Assembly (NCBI RefSeq): GCF_000039765.1
Contig: NC_004460.2
Coordinates: 210,001-242,000, forward strand
From: Vibrio vulnificus CMCP6
GTDB lineage: Bacteria; Pseudomonadota; Gammaproteobacteria; Enterobacterales; Vibrionaceae
DNA: 32,000 nucleotides
Direction: 5' to 3'
Shown: piece after piece, positions 7,155-16,561 of the stretch
How the letters are laid out: every line of letters begins with the position of its first letter
How positions within the stretch are numbered: the stretch's first letter is position 1
Position numbers and translations under genes: made by a program
The notes under the pieces: model-generated
The model's input: only the letters and a program-made list of their open reading frames with translations
What the model was told of the DNA's origin: nothing
Database searches by the model: none

Positions 7155-10100
7155 GCATTGCGGAATATTCCATCAAGAACAAAGTCATCAGCTGGCTGTT
7201 TATCGTTATTCTCGCCATTGGCGGGGTCACGTCATTCTTAGAATTGGGGCGTTTGGAAGACCCTGCATTCACCATTAAAGATGCGATGGTCATTGCTACG
7301 TACCCGGGCGCAACGTCGAAAGAGGTTGAAGAAGAGCTGACTTATCCGATCGAGAAAGAGATCCGCAAGCTGCCTTACATCGATAAGATCACGTCCACCT
7401 CATCGAATGGTTTGTCGCAAATCATGGTGAGCATGAAGATGGATTACGGCCCAGACGAGCTACCCCAAATCTGGGATGAGATGCGCCGTAAAATCAATGA
7501 TCTGCAACCCTCGTTACCGCAAGGTGTTCAATCTCTGCAAATTATTGATGATTTTGGTGACGTATACGGCGTGATGCTGATGCTCACGGGCGACGATTAC
7601 GATTATGTGGAACTGAAACGCTACGCAGACCAACTGACTCGTGAGCTTGAACTGATTGATGGTGTGGGCAAAGTGGACATCGCAGGCGATCAACAAGAGC
7701 AACTCTTTGTTGAAATCTCCCTCGACCGCCTTGCGGCACTCAACCTTGATATGAACGTTATTTCCGGTTTACTCAATAAGCAGAACAACGTGGTTTCTGC
7801 CGGTGAAGTGATGGTCAATGGCGAGAGTTTGATGATTCGCCCAAGCGGCACGTTGAACACCGTCGACGCGCTTGAAAATCTTATCATTCATGGCCGCGAT
7901 ACAGGGAATCTTATTCGCTTAAAAGATGTGGCGACCATTACCCGTGGCATTCAAGAAAAGCCCGACAATGTGCTGTTGTTTAACGGCAAGAAAGCGATCA
8001 ATATCGGCGTTTCATTTGCTTCAGGCGTGAATGTGGTGGAAGTGGGCCAGCGTATTGAAACGGAACTGGCCAGCCTAGAAAGCATCAAACCAGCAGGCAT
8101 CGACATGAGCTACTTCTACAATCAGGCACAAGAAGTGGATGATTCAGTGAAAGCCTTTGTGATCAGCCTAGCGGAGGCGGTGGCGATCGTGATTATTGTT
8201 CTGCTGTTCACCATGGGGCTTCGTAGTGGGGTGATCATCGGCTTGGTGTTGCTGCTGACGGTATTCGGCACCTTTATCTTGATGAACCATTACGACATTG
8301 AACTGCACCGAATCTCGCTAGGGGCGTTGATTATCGCCCTAGGTATGCTGGTGGATAACGCCATTGTGGTGGTGGAAGGGATTTTGGTGGGCCTAAAGAA
8401 AGGGCGCACAAAAATCCAAGCCGCGACCGACATTGTGAAACAAACTCAGTGGCCATTGTTGGGGGCGACCGTGATTGCCATCACCGCGTTTGCGCCGATT
8501 GGCTTATCACAGGACGCGACGGGTGAGTTCATGGGCTCGCTGTTCTGGGTTTTGTGTTTCTCGCTGTTCTTAAGCTGGATCACCGCCATCACGCTGACAC
8601 CGTTTCTGGCGGATCTGCTCTTGAAAGAGCAAGACAAAACGCTCGCTACCGATGAAGAAGACCCATACAAAGGTTGGTTGTTTGTCGCATTTGGTGCGTC
8701 GCTAAAGTGGGCGTTGCGTTTTCGTTGGCTGACGGTCGCAGGCATGGTGGCCTTGCTCGTTGGCGCGGTAGTGGCATTTGGTCATGTTAAGCAGCAGTTC
8801 TTCCCGCCATCAAATACGCCGATGTTTTACGTGGATATGTGGATGCCAGAAGGGACGGACATTCGTGAAACCATGAAGCAAGCCAGTGAAGTGGAAAGTT
8901 ACATTCGCCAACAAGCAAACATCGACTTTGTGTCAGCATCGATTGGTCAGGGTTTGCAGCGATTTGCTTTGACCTATGAGCCGGCCAAGAACTACGAAGC
9001 GTATGCGCAATTTCAAGTGAGAACAACGGATCGCGACACCATGTTTGTGCTGCTCAATGAACTGGATAGCCGCTTAGCCAAAACCTTTGATAAGCCAACC
9101 TTCCAATTAAAGCTGATGGAGTTTGGCCCATCGCCGGCATCTAAGATTGAAGCACGCATTACTGGCCCAGATCCGCAAGTGCTCAGAGCGTTGGCGGTTC
9201 AAGTGGAAGACATTCTCCATACCGATCCGGGCGCTCGTAATATACGCCATGATTGGCGTGAGCGAACGAAGCAAATCGTGCCAATTTTCAACGAATCGAA
9301 AGCGCGCCGTTTAGGTATCTCAAAAGAAGATTTGTCGAGCACCTTGCAGATGAGTTTTGGTGGCAGCACATTGGGTCTACTCAGAGATGGCACACACATT
9401 TTGCCGATTATGGTGCGATTGCCAGAAACAGAACGAGTGGACTTTGAATCGCTACAAAACGTCAGCATCTGGAGCCCATCGTTGCAAAGCTACATTCCGG
9501 TTGATCAAATCATCGATGGTGTGACTTTAGATTGGGAGGAGCCGTTAATACAACGACGCGACCGTAAACGCACGTTGACCGTGTTGGCTGACCACGACGT
9601 GCTAAGCGAGGACACGGCAGCAAGTTTGTTTGCCCGCGTGCAACCTAAAGTGATGGCGCTGCCTATCCCACATGGCTATGAAATCACGTGGGGTGGGGAA
9701 TACGAATCATCGAAAGATGCGCAAGAAGGGCTGTTTGGCTCACTGCCAATGGGCTATTTGTTGATGTTCATCATCACTATGTTGCTTTTCAATTCGTTCA
9801 AAAAACCGTTGGTGATTTGGTTCACGGTGCCGCTGTCTATCATTGGTGTGGCGTTTGGTTTGTTGGCCACCAACATGCCGTTCAGTTTTACCGCTTTTCT
9901 TGGCCTGTTGAGCCTTAGCGGTATGATTCTGAAAAATGGCATTGTGTTGCTGGATCAGATCAATCTGGAACTCGATTCAGGGAAAGATCCGTATCTTGCC
10001 ATCATCGATAGCGCGGTGAGCCGTGTTCGCCCTGTCAGCATGGCGGCATTGACTACCATACTTGGTATGATTCCGTTGGTGTTTGATGCGTTCTTTGGCT

Positions 10101-10210
10101 CTATGGCCATTACTATCATGGCAGGCTTGGGTTTCGCGACGGTACTAACCTTAGTCGTTGTGCCCGTTATGTTTGCTATTTTGTTTGGCATTAAGCCAGC
10201 AAAGTCTTAA
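7151..10210 (+). CDS. RND efflux permease (AcrB/HAE1-like)
   Basis: 1019 aa; GRLEDPAFTIKDAMVIATYPGA, LVLLLTVFGTFILM, ALGMLVDNAIVVVEG, SLLGMILKNGIVLLDQI-type motifs (LSLSGMILKNGIVLLDQI). Confidence 0.97.
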   Translation: MSIAEYSIKNKVISWLFIVILAIGGVTSFLELGRLEDPAFTIKDAMVIATYPGATSKEVEEELTYPIEKEIRKLPYIDKITSTSSNGLSQIMVSMKMDYGPDELPQIWDEMRRKINDLQPSLPQGVQSLQIIDDFGDVYGVMLMLTGDDYDYVELKRYADQLTRELELIDGVGKVDIAGDQQEQLFVEISLDRLAALNLDMNVISGLLNKQNNVVSAGEVMVNGESLMIRPSGTLNTVDALENLIIHGRDTGNLIRLKDVATITRGIQEKPDNVLLFNGKKAINIGVSFASGVNVVEVGQRIETELASLESIKPAGIDMSYFYNQAQEVDDSVKAFVISLAEAVAIVIIVLLFTMGLRSGVIIGLVLLLTVFGTFILMNHYDIELHRISLGALIIALGMLVDNAIVVVEGILVGLKKGRTKIQAATDIVKQTQWPLLGATVIAITAFAPIGLSQDATGEFMGSLFWVLCFSLFLSWITAITLTPFLADLLLKEQDKTLATDEEDPYKGWLFVAFGASLKWALRFRWLTVAGMVALLVGAVVAFGHVKQQFFPPSNTPMFYVDMWMPEGTDIRETMKQASEVESYIRQQANIDFVSASIGQGLQRFALTYEPAKNYEAYAQFQVRTTDRDTMFVLLNELDSRLAKTFDKPTFQLKLMEFGPSPASKIEARITGPDPQVLRALAVQVEDILHTDPGARNIRHDWRERTKQIVPIFNESKARRLGISKEDLSSTLQMSFGGSTLGLLRDGTHILPIMVRLPETERVDFESLQNVSIWSPSLQSYIPVDQIIDGVTLDWEEPLIQRRDRKRTLTVLADHDVLSEDTAASLFARVQPKVMALPIPHGYEITWGGEYESSKDAQEGLFGSLPMGYLLMFIITMLLFNSFKKPLVIWFTVPLSIIGVAFGLLATNMPFSFTAFLGLLSLSGMILKNGIVLLDQINLELDSGKDPYLAIIDSAVSRVRPVSMAALTTILGMIPLVFDAFFGSMAITIMAGLGFATVLTLVVVPVMFAILFGIKPAKS

Positions 10211-10248
10211 CCCGACTTACCAATGGCACAATTCTATCGATAAAAAAT

Positions 10249-10277
10249 GGGGCAGTGTGACTGCCCCAAATCGTTTT
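10249..10277 (+). terminator. Rho-independent terminator downstream of the RND operon
   Basis: GGGGCAG-TGTGA-CTGCCCC followed by AAATCGTTTTT. Confidence 0.6.
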
Positions 10278-10369
10278 TCCGCATTGTTTTTGCTTTCTTG
10301 TTCCGTGTAAGAGTCAGAAATTGTTCTTTTATGCGGTTTCCTAGCTTTCAACCAAACGTTGTTGAAGGC

Positions 10370-10945
10370 TTAGAACTTGTAAGAAACACCTGCGTAAAGT
10401 GAACCAAGAACGATGTTGATGTCGTCACGTGGGCCGTTATCGAACATAAAGCTGTCCACTTCGTAGGCTACGCGGAAGTTGAGGTTTTCAATTGCTTTTG
10501 GTGAGTATTCGCCACCCACACCAGCGCGGAATGAGGTTTCTGTCTTTGATAGAGGACCAAAATCGAGTTCAGTGCGGCCAAGGCCCACTGTTGCAAAAGG
10601 ACGCCATCCACTATCAAAGGTGTAACCAAGATTTGCCATCAACGCGATGCTTTCTGGTTTTACCATGTGGCGGTCTGCGTCGTCTTTACTGTAAATATCA
10701 CCGTAACGCGTGTATTGCGCTTCGATTGCCACAATGCGGTTGAACTGGTAACCACCGTACAGTTTGTACGTTGAATCGTTTGATTTTAGGTTTAAATCGT
10801 TTGTGCCCACACCATCGTCGAATGCGGTTGTCGTACCGATACCACCACCTAGATAGAAACCAGAAACATCTTTCTTCTCGATGTCGTTGGTGTTTGCCTG
10901 CGCAAATGCAGAGACAGCAGCTAACAAAAATACAGCTTTTTTCAT
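10370..10945 (-). CDS. Small outer-membrane beta-barrel protein (OmpA-like/porin-family)
   Basis: MKKAVFLLAAVSAFAQANT signal peptide, then an FYLGGGIGTTTAF... YKLYGGYQFNRIVAIEAQYTRYG ... SLYAGVSYKF pattern ending in aromatic Phe. GTG at 10957 is an alternative start. Confidence 0.85.
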   Translation of the reverse strand: MKKAVFLLAAVSAFAQANTNDIEKKDVSGFYLGGGIGTTTAFDDGVGTNDLNLKSNDSTYKLYGGYQFNRIVAIEAQYTRYGDIYSKDDADRHMVKPESIALMANLGYTFDSGWRPFATVGLGRTELDFGPLSKTETSFRAGVGGEYSPKAIENLNFRVAYEVDSFMFDNGPRDDINIVLGSLYAGVSYKF

Positions 10946-11145
10946 TTTGTAATTCACTCTGTTACGTTCAATAAAACGGTGTGCATTATAAGGCGCGACT
11001 TATGCGATACAAGTCTTATTATTGATACAAGTGATAGAAAGGTTGTTTACATCAATAACCTCCGCACCCTATGCGGCGTATATTATAAGTTGCTGATTTA
11101 ACTGAAAAGTATTGATATGTATGGTTTTGTCATTACGAAGGAGGC

Positions 11146-11175
11146 ATAAAAAAACACCTCCGCAAGGGAGGTGTT
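11146..11175 (-). terminator. Rho-independent terminator of the fru operon
   Basis: Minus strand AACACCTCC-CTTGC-GGAGGTGTT followed by TTTTTATG; 9-bp perfect stem (11153-11161/11167-11175). Confidence 0.85.
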
Positions 11176-11221
11176 GAAAGCCAAATTCGAGGGGGAACTG
11201 GCATCAAGGTAAGGATAAAAC

Positions 11222-12949
11222 TTAGGCCGTTGCTTCTTCTTTTGCTTCAGCACGATTTTTCAGGAAGGCATAACCAAAACCGGTTAATGCGGTACCTGCT
11301 GCGATAGCGACTAGGTACATCAGTACTGGAGTAATCGCGTTTGGAATCAGCAGTACAAACAGACCACCGTGAGGTGCCATCAATTTAGCACCAAACAGCA
11401 TGGATAGGGCACCGGTTAGTGCGCCACCAGCCATACAAGCAGGGATGACACGCATTGGGTCTTTCGCTGCAAAAGGAATGGCACCTTCAGAGATAAAGCA
11501 TAGACCAAGGACAAAAGAGGCTTTGCCTGCTTCGCGCTCGCTTGGTTCAAACTTGTCTCTCGCTAGGAAAGTCGCTAAGCCCATACCCAGTGCAGGTACC
11601 ATGCCTGCTGCCATGATGGCTGCCATTGGTGCATAAGTTTGAGAAGCCAGTAGACCAACACCAAAGGTATAAGCCGCTTTGTTTACTGGGCCACCAAGGT
11701 CGAAACACATCATTGCGCCAAGAATCACACCCAGCAGCACTGCGTTCGCTGAGCCCATATTGTTGAGGAATTCTGTCATCGCGGACATGATGCTGGAAAC
11801 CGGGCCACCTACGATGTAAATCATGGTGAGACCAGTGAACAAGCTCGCAATGAATGGGATGATCAAAATCGGTTTGAGCGCTTCCATTGATTGTGGCAGT
11901 TGCACTTTATCTGCAATGAATTTCGCTGAGTAGCCGGCAATAAAGCCCGCCGCGATACCGCCAAGGAAACCCGCGCCAGTTGAGCTTGCCAGCATACCGC
12001 CAATGAGACCTGGTGCCAGACCTGGGCGATCTGCAATTGAAAACGCAATGAAGCCAGCAAGAACGGGAATCATCAGTGCGAAAGCGGAGCCTCCACCGAT
12101 GGTCATGAGTGCCGAAGCCAATGTACCTTCTTCTTTAAACGCTTCGATACCGAAAACGAAAGAGAGAGCGATGATCAAACCACCTGCCACGACCACAGGA
12201 AGCATGTGAGAGACGCCCGTCATCAGGTGCTTATAAACGCCTTTTTTCTCTTCAGAAGCGTTGCTGCTACCAGCCGAAGCAGTGTGTTGATAAACCGTTG
12301 CTTGAGCGAACGCTTTGTCCATCTCTTCGCCTGTTTTCTTCAATGCTGGGCCTGTCTTGGTGCGGTACATCAGTTTGCCGTTGAAGCGATCCAGTGGCAC
12401 TTCGATATCTGCTGCAATGATCACCAGATCCGCATCAGCAATTTCTTGCTCGGTTAGCTGGTTTTTCGCGCCCACAGAACCGCGCGTTTCCACTTTAATT
12501 TGGTGGCCACGACGTTTGCCTTCTTCCTCTAGAGCTTCTGCCGCCATAAAGGTGTGTGCAACGCCCGTTGGACAAGCCGTGATGGCGACAATTTTCTTTG
12601 CCGCAGTTTGCACTGTCGGTTGAACACCTGCGCTGGCTTGCAGCAGTTGCGCTTTCTCGACCGCGCTTTGTAAAAAGGCGTTGGCGTCGCTGGTGACCGC
12701 GCTGATCTCTGAGCGATACAGTTTTTTGCCAACGAAACGACTTTCATCGATAGGGGTATTGGCAGCAATCACAACCACATCCGCGTCCGCAATTTGCTGA
12801 GCAGAGAGTGGTGTGGTTGGCATGACGCTCGATTGACATTCAATCGATGCATCCCAGTTGAGGCTTTTCGCTGCTTGTTCGAGTAATCCCGCAGCGATAA
12901 TGCTGTTTGCTACGCCGCTAGGGCAGGCAGTAATAATCGCAATTTTCAT
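11222..12949 (-). CDS. fruA: PTS fructose-specific EIIB'BC component
   Basis: Two tandem IIB domains (IITACPSGVANS and AITACPTGVAHTFMAAEAL) and an IIC with GGPVNKAAY. Start ATG at 12947-12949 gives MKIAIITACPSG; the ORF track start at 13003 is upstream of it. Confidence 0.96.
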   Translation of the reverse strand: MKIAIITACPSGVANSIIAAGLLEQAAKSLNWDASIECQSSVMPTTPLSAQQIADADVVVIAANTPIDESRFVGKKLYRSEISAVTSDANAFLQSAVEKAQLLQASAGVQPTVQTAAKKIVAITACPTGVAHTFMAAEALEEEGKRRGHQIKVETRGSVGAKNQLTEQEIADADLVIIAADIEVPLDRFNGKLMYRTKTGPALKKTGEEMDKAFAQATVYQHTASAGSSNASEEKKGVYKHLMTGVSHMLPVVVAGGLIIALSFVFGIEAFKEEGTLASALMTIGGGSAFALMIPVLAGFIAFSIADRPGLAPGLIGGMLASSTGAGFLGGIAAGFIAGYSAKFIADKVQLPQSMEALKPILIIPFIASLFTGLTMIYIVGGPVSSIMSAMTEFLNNMGSANAVLLGVILGAMMCFDLGGPVNKAAYTFGVGLLASQTYAPMAAIMAAGMVPALGMGLATFLARDKFEPSEREAGKASFVLGLCFISEGAIPFAAKDPMRVIPACMAGGALTGALSMLFGAKLMAPHGGLFVLLIPNAITPVLMYLVAIAAGTALTGFGYAFLKNRAEAKEEATA

Positions 12950-12968
12950 AGTAGTAACCTTATGTCTC

Positions 12969-13946
12969 TTAGCTTGCACTAGCAGAGTTCTGCACGTCGT
13001 CAAGCGATTGAACTTGCGTTCTTTGTTGTATGCTTTCCAGCTCTTGCTGGCTGGTTAATCCCACGCCAACCTGCGTGACCGCCATCGCGGACAGTGCAGT
13101 GGCAAATTTCAGTAAATCCATTTTTGGCATTTGTTGCATGTGGCCCCAGCATAAGCCAGCCACTAAGGTGTCGCCTGCGCCAACGGTGCTCACCACCGAC
13201 ATTCTTGGTGGCATGGCGCGTAGCCATTGACCGTCATGAAGCCACATCACACCGTCCGCCCCCATAGAGACAACGATGTTGGCGATGCCTTTGTTGGCAA
13301 GGCTCTGTGCGGCATGCTGGCATTCGTCAGCGCTGTGCAGTGCTTTTCCCACGAACTCGCTGAGTTCTTCGTCATTGGGTTTAATTAGCCAAGGTGCGGC
13401 GTCGAGTCCTGCTTTTAGTGCAGCTCGGCTGCTGTCAAACAGCACTTTCTTGCCTGCATTTTGCAGTAACGCTATCCACTTTGCGCACTGCTCTGGCGTC
13501 ACACCTTGAGGTAGGCTGCCGGCAAACACAAAGTAATCGTGATCCGTCATCAGGCGAGTTAAGCGCTGCTCAAACTCAACGATGTTTTGTTCGTTCACCG
13601 TGACGCCAGGGAAGTTGATGTCGTTGACTCGGCCATCGGCTTCGACCAATTTGACGTTGATGCGCGTTGCGCCTTCCACGCGCACAAACTGATCGCTTGC
13701 AGCGATATCGGCAAACAGTTGGCTAAACATTTCAGGGTTATCTTTGCCAAGAAACCCCGTCACAGTGACTTGTGCACCGAGATCGCTCAACACCTTCGCT
13801 ACGTTTACCCCTTTACCAGCCGCGTGCAAGCTGCTGTGATTCACAAGGCTGACTGAGCCAATGTTTAATTGCTCTAGCGATCCTGTTAGATCCAGCGCGG
13901 GGTTCAGCGTAATAGTGACAACTTTGTTGGTCATTTGAGTGGTCAT
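12969..13946 (-). CDS. fruK: 1-phosphofructokinase
   Basis: PfkB-family: VVTITLNPALDLTG, GKGVNVAKVLSDLGAQVTVTGFLG, STVGAGDTLVAGLC; located between fruB and fruA. Confidence 0.96.
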   Translation of the reverse strand: MTTQMTNKVVTITLNPALDLTGSLEQLNIGSVSLVNHSSLHAAGKGVNVAKVLSDLGAQVTVTGFLGKDNPEMFSQLFADIAASDQFVRVEGATRINVKLVEADGRVNDINFPGVTVNEQNIVEFEQRLTRLMTDHDYFVFAGSLPQGVTPEQCAKWIALLQNAGKKVLFDSSRAALKAGLDAAPWLIKPNDEELSEFVGKALHSADECQHAAQSLANKGIANIVVSMGADGVMWLHDGQWLRAMPPRMSVVSTVGAGDTLVAGLCWGHMQQMPKMDLLKFATALSAMAVTQVGVGLTSQQELESIQQRTQVQSLDDVQNSASAS

Positions 13947-13955
13947 AGCAGCACC

Positions 13956-15098
13956 TTAACCTTCACCAAGACCAGAGGCGATCGCTGCGCCAATTGCTTC
14001 AAGTGCTTGAGAAGCATCTGGGCCTTCCGCGGTAAATTGCAGTTGGTGACCGTGTTTCACGCCAAGCGCGATTACTTTCATTAAGCTTTTCGCGTTGACT
14101 ACTGAGCGGTCGCCATCTAAGTTTGCCACTTTGATGGTGGATTCAAATTTCTTCGCTTCTGCCACTAACATGGCACCAGGGCGCGCATGCAGACCGTGTG
14201 CGTTTTTGATTTTAAATACCGCGGTATTCTCGGACGTTGCTGGCTCTTGAGAGGTATTTGCAACGCTTTCACCAGTCAGCATGGCAATCACTTGTTCGGC
14301 ATTCGCGCTGAGTAATGTCTCTTGTTTACCTTGATAAACCAGTTGAGTTAGGTTGGTGAGTATCGCTTGGTGCGCGTTGTTGCAAGCGCCAAATGCCAGT
14401 AAGCCTTTTACGGGTGTGCCTTGATACTCACAATCGTTCGCAGTCGTCACAAACGACACGGCAGTACGAGTGACGCTGGCATCGCTCCCAACTAGCCACA
14501 AACCTTTGCCAAGATGCGTTGGGGTTTTGGTCACGAGCTCTGCCACAAATTGGCTGCCTGCATTGCCGCTGTTTTTGATCAAACCTCCGGCAACCGCGCT
14601 CATTTGGATCATGTCGCTGGCAGGGAAGAGCAGCTGGATGCTGGCGGCATCAAAGTCGGCTTCAAGTTGAACTTCGCCATTCAACAAAGCAATGATCTCT
14701 TGTTCCGTTGTGGCGTGCTGCAAACGCGTTTCTACGCCGTCTGCACTGAGCACTTTAGTCAGTTGCTTGAGAATGCCTAAGTGTTCGTCGGATTTCGCCG
14801 CGATACCAATAGCAAGATAAACCTTGTTGCCATCGCCCCAATCAACGCCGTGAGGAAAGTGATGTACGGCCACCCCGGTGTTTTGCACCAAATCGCGCGT
14901 GTCGGTCGTGCCATGAGGGATGGCAATGCCATTACCCAAAAATGTGGAGTTTTGCGCTTCACGGTTGAGCATGCCTTCAACGTAACCTTGCTCAACCAAT
15001 CCTTTTGCGGTGAGAGCGGCAGCGATGCTTTTGATCGCATCAAGTTTGTTGTCGGCGCTCTGCTGGAGCGTAATATCTGATGAAGTTAATTTGAGCAT
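13956..15098 (-). CDS. fruB: PTS fructose-specific EIIA/HPr fusion (FPr, diphosphoryl transfer protein)
   Basis: N-terminal EIIA (GNGIAIPHGTTDTRD) and C-terminal HPr with NAHGLHARPGAMLVAEAKKFES...NAKSLMKVIALGVKHG. Confidence 0.95.
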   Translation of the reverse strand: MLKLTSSDITLQQSADNKLDAIKSIAAALTAKGLVEQGYVEGMLNREAQNSTFLGNGIAIPHGTTDTRDLVQNTGVAVHHFPHGVDWGDGNKVYLAIGIAAKSDEHLGILKQLTKVLSADGVETRLQHATTEQEIIALLNGEVQLEADFDAASIQLLFPASDMIQMSAVAGGLIKNSGNAGSQFVAELVTKTPTHLGKGLWLVGSDASVTRTAVSFVTTANDCEYQGTPVKGLLAFGACNNAHQAILTNLTQLVYQGKQETLLSANAEQVIAMLTGESVANTSQEPATSENTAVFKIKNAHGLHARPGAMLVAEAKKFESTIKVANLDGDRSVVNAKSLMKVIALGVKHGHQLQFTAEGPDASQALEAIGAAIASGLGEG

Positions 15099-15297
15099 GT
15101 TGCCTTCTTAGCGTATCGCGTCGTCATTTCTCTCGGTTCAACCTGTTTCTCTACGGTGTGAGAGGTCTTCTTTGTTTAAGAAGTCTGCTTTGCTTAACAG
15201 ACTGTCTTTGCCTAAAAGCGCCTTTGGTTAAAAGCACACCCTTAGATTTGGAGCGTTAAGCACTTTCACAGCGTTGCTTAACTTTTGCTTAACTTAA

Positions 15298-15313
15298 GCT
15301 GAACCGATTCAGC
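15298..15313. promoter_or_regulatory. Cra/FruR-type operator (proximal to fruB)
   Basis: GCTGAACCGATTCAGC, near match to the Cra consensus GCTGAATCGNTTCAGC. Confidence 0.8.
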
Positions 15314-15447
15314 AATTGGTTTAAAAAAATTCAGCAAACGGCACTTTTATTTACAACGTGGACACGGCCAACGAGTTCAATACCGAGAATGCTGTTCAAT
15401 TCGACAAAATCATTCAATTAGGTGATGTATGTCTATTTGCAGATTTT

Positions 15448-15463
15448 GCTGAATCCTTTCAGC
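15448..15463. promoter_or_regulatory. Cra/FruR-type operator
   Basis: GCTGAATCCTTTCAGC. Confidence 0.8.
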
Positions 15464-15469
15464 TTTTAT

Positions 15470-15485
15470 ACTGAATCGATTCAGC
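15470..15485. promoter_or_regulatory. Cra/FruR-type operator (proximal to cra)
   Basis: ACTGAATCGATTCAGC, an almost perfect palindrome 22 bp centre-to-centre from the preceding site. Confidence 0.8.
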
Positions 15486-15555
15486 GTATAATTCAACAGA
15501 CGCGAAGATCTGGAATTCGAATCTATGATCAGGCGCACAGATTAGGGTAGGTAAT

Positions 15556-16536
15556 ATGACACTGGATGAAATAGCCAAGTTGGCAGGTGTTTCGAAAACA
15601 ACGGCAAGTTATGTGATCAATGGTAAGGCGAAAAAATACCGCATCAGCGAAAAAACGCAGATGAAAGTGATGGCGGTGGTGGAGGAATACAATTTTCGTC
15701 CCGATCACGCAGCATCGTCACTTCGAGCAGGAAACTCGCGCTCGTTTGGTTTGATCATTCCGGATTTAGAAAACACCAGTTACGCACGCCTTGCTAAGTT
15801 GCTTGAACAAAATTCACGTAAAGCGGGGTATCAAATCCTGATTGCCTGTTCTGATGATGATCCTGAAACAGAGCGCAAGGTCGCCGATGCTTTAGTGAGC
15901 CGACGCATTGATGCGCTGTTTGTTGCAACCAGTATGGCGGATGCTAATGAATTTTATCTGGCGATGCAAAAGTCAGGCACACCCGTGATTGCACTAGACC
16001 GTCCGTTAGACGACGAATTCTTTAGTTGTGTGGTCAGCGAAGATTTTGGTGCGGCGTTTGAGCTGACATCGTCTTTAATGAGTGAAGAGATTCAAACTGT
16101 GGGGTTGATTGGCGCTCTGCCCGAGTTGAATATTTCACGTGAGCGCCACCAAGGTTATCTCTCTGCAGTGAAGAAAATGGGCAAACAGGCACAATCGGGC
16201 TACGGTGAGCACTTTTATCGCGAAGAGGGCTACCGCATTATGCACGAGTGGCTGTTGGCAGACACCATTCCAGATGCGATTGTGACCACCTCGTACACCT
16301 TATTAGAAGGGGTGTTGGATGTGCTATTGGAGCAGCCGGAACTGGTCAATAAAGTCAAACTGGCCACATTCGGTGATAACCGCTTACTGGATTTCTTACC
16401 GTTTAAAGTGAACTCACTGCCGCAGCAATTTGAATTGATCGCCGACAGCGCGCTGGAGTTGGCACTCAATGCCTCAGCGAAACGCTACAAACCGGGCGTT
16501 GAATTGATCCCACGTAAAATTGTGCGTCGCTTTTAA
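15556..16536 (+). CDS. cra: LacI-family catabolite repressor/activator, fructose operon regulator
   Basis: MTLDEIAKLAGVSKTTASYVINGKAKKYRISEKTQMKVMAVVEEYNFRPDHAASSLRAGNSRSFGLIIPDLENTSYARLAKLLE; divergent from fruBKA with matching operators. Confidence 0.95.
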   Translation: MTLDEIAKLAGVSKTTASYVINGKAKKYRISEKTQMKVMAVVEEYNFRPDHAASSLRAGNSRSFGLIIPDLENTSYARLAKLLEQNSRKAGYQILIACSDDDPETERKVADALVSRRIDALFVATSMADANEFYLAMQKSGTPVIALDRPLDDEFFSCVVSEDFGAAFELTSSLMSEEIQTVGLIGALPELNISRERHQGYLSAVKKMGKQAQSGYGEHFYREEGYRIMHEWLLADTIPDAIVTTSYTLLEGVLDVLLEQPELVNKVKLATFGDNRLLDFLPFKVNSLPQQFELIADSALELALNASAKRYKPGVELIPRKIVRRF

Positions 16537-16561
16537 ATCTTATCGCGAGGCAAGCTAGTGA

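Noticed and set aside
6472-9314. Many 60-100 aa ORFs on both strands inside the RND adaptor and permease genes
   Set aside because: Out-of-frame or antisense ORFs within a well-supported permease/adaptor operon.
11400-15080. Numerous + strand ORFs (for example 12315-12623, 13587-13856, 14781-15080)
   Set aside because: All antisense to fruA, fruK and fruB, whose protein motifs are unambiguous.
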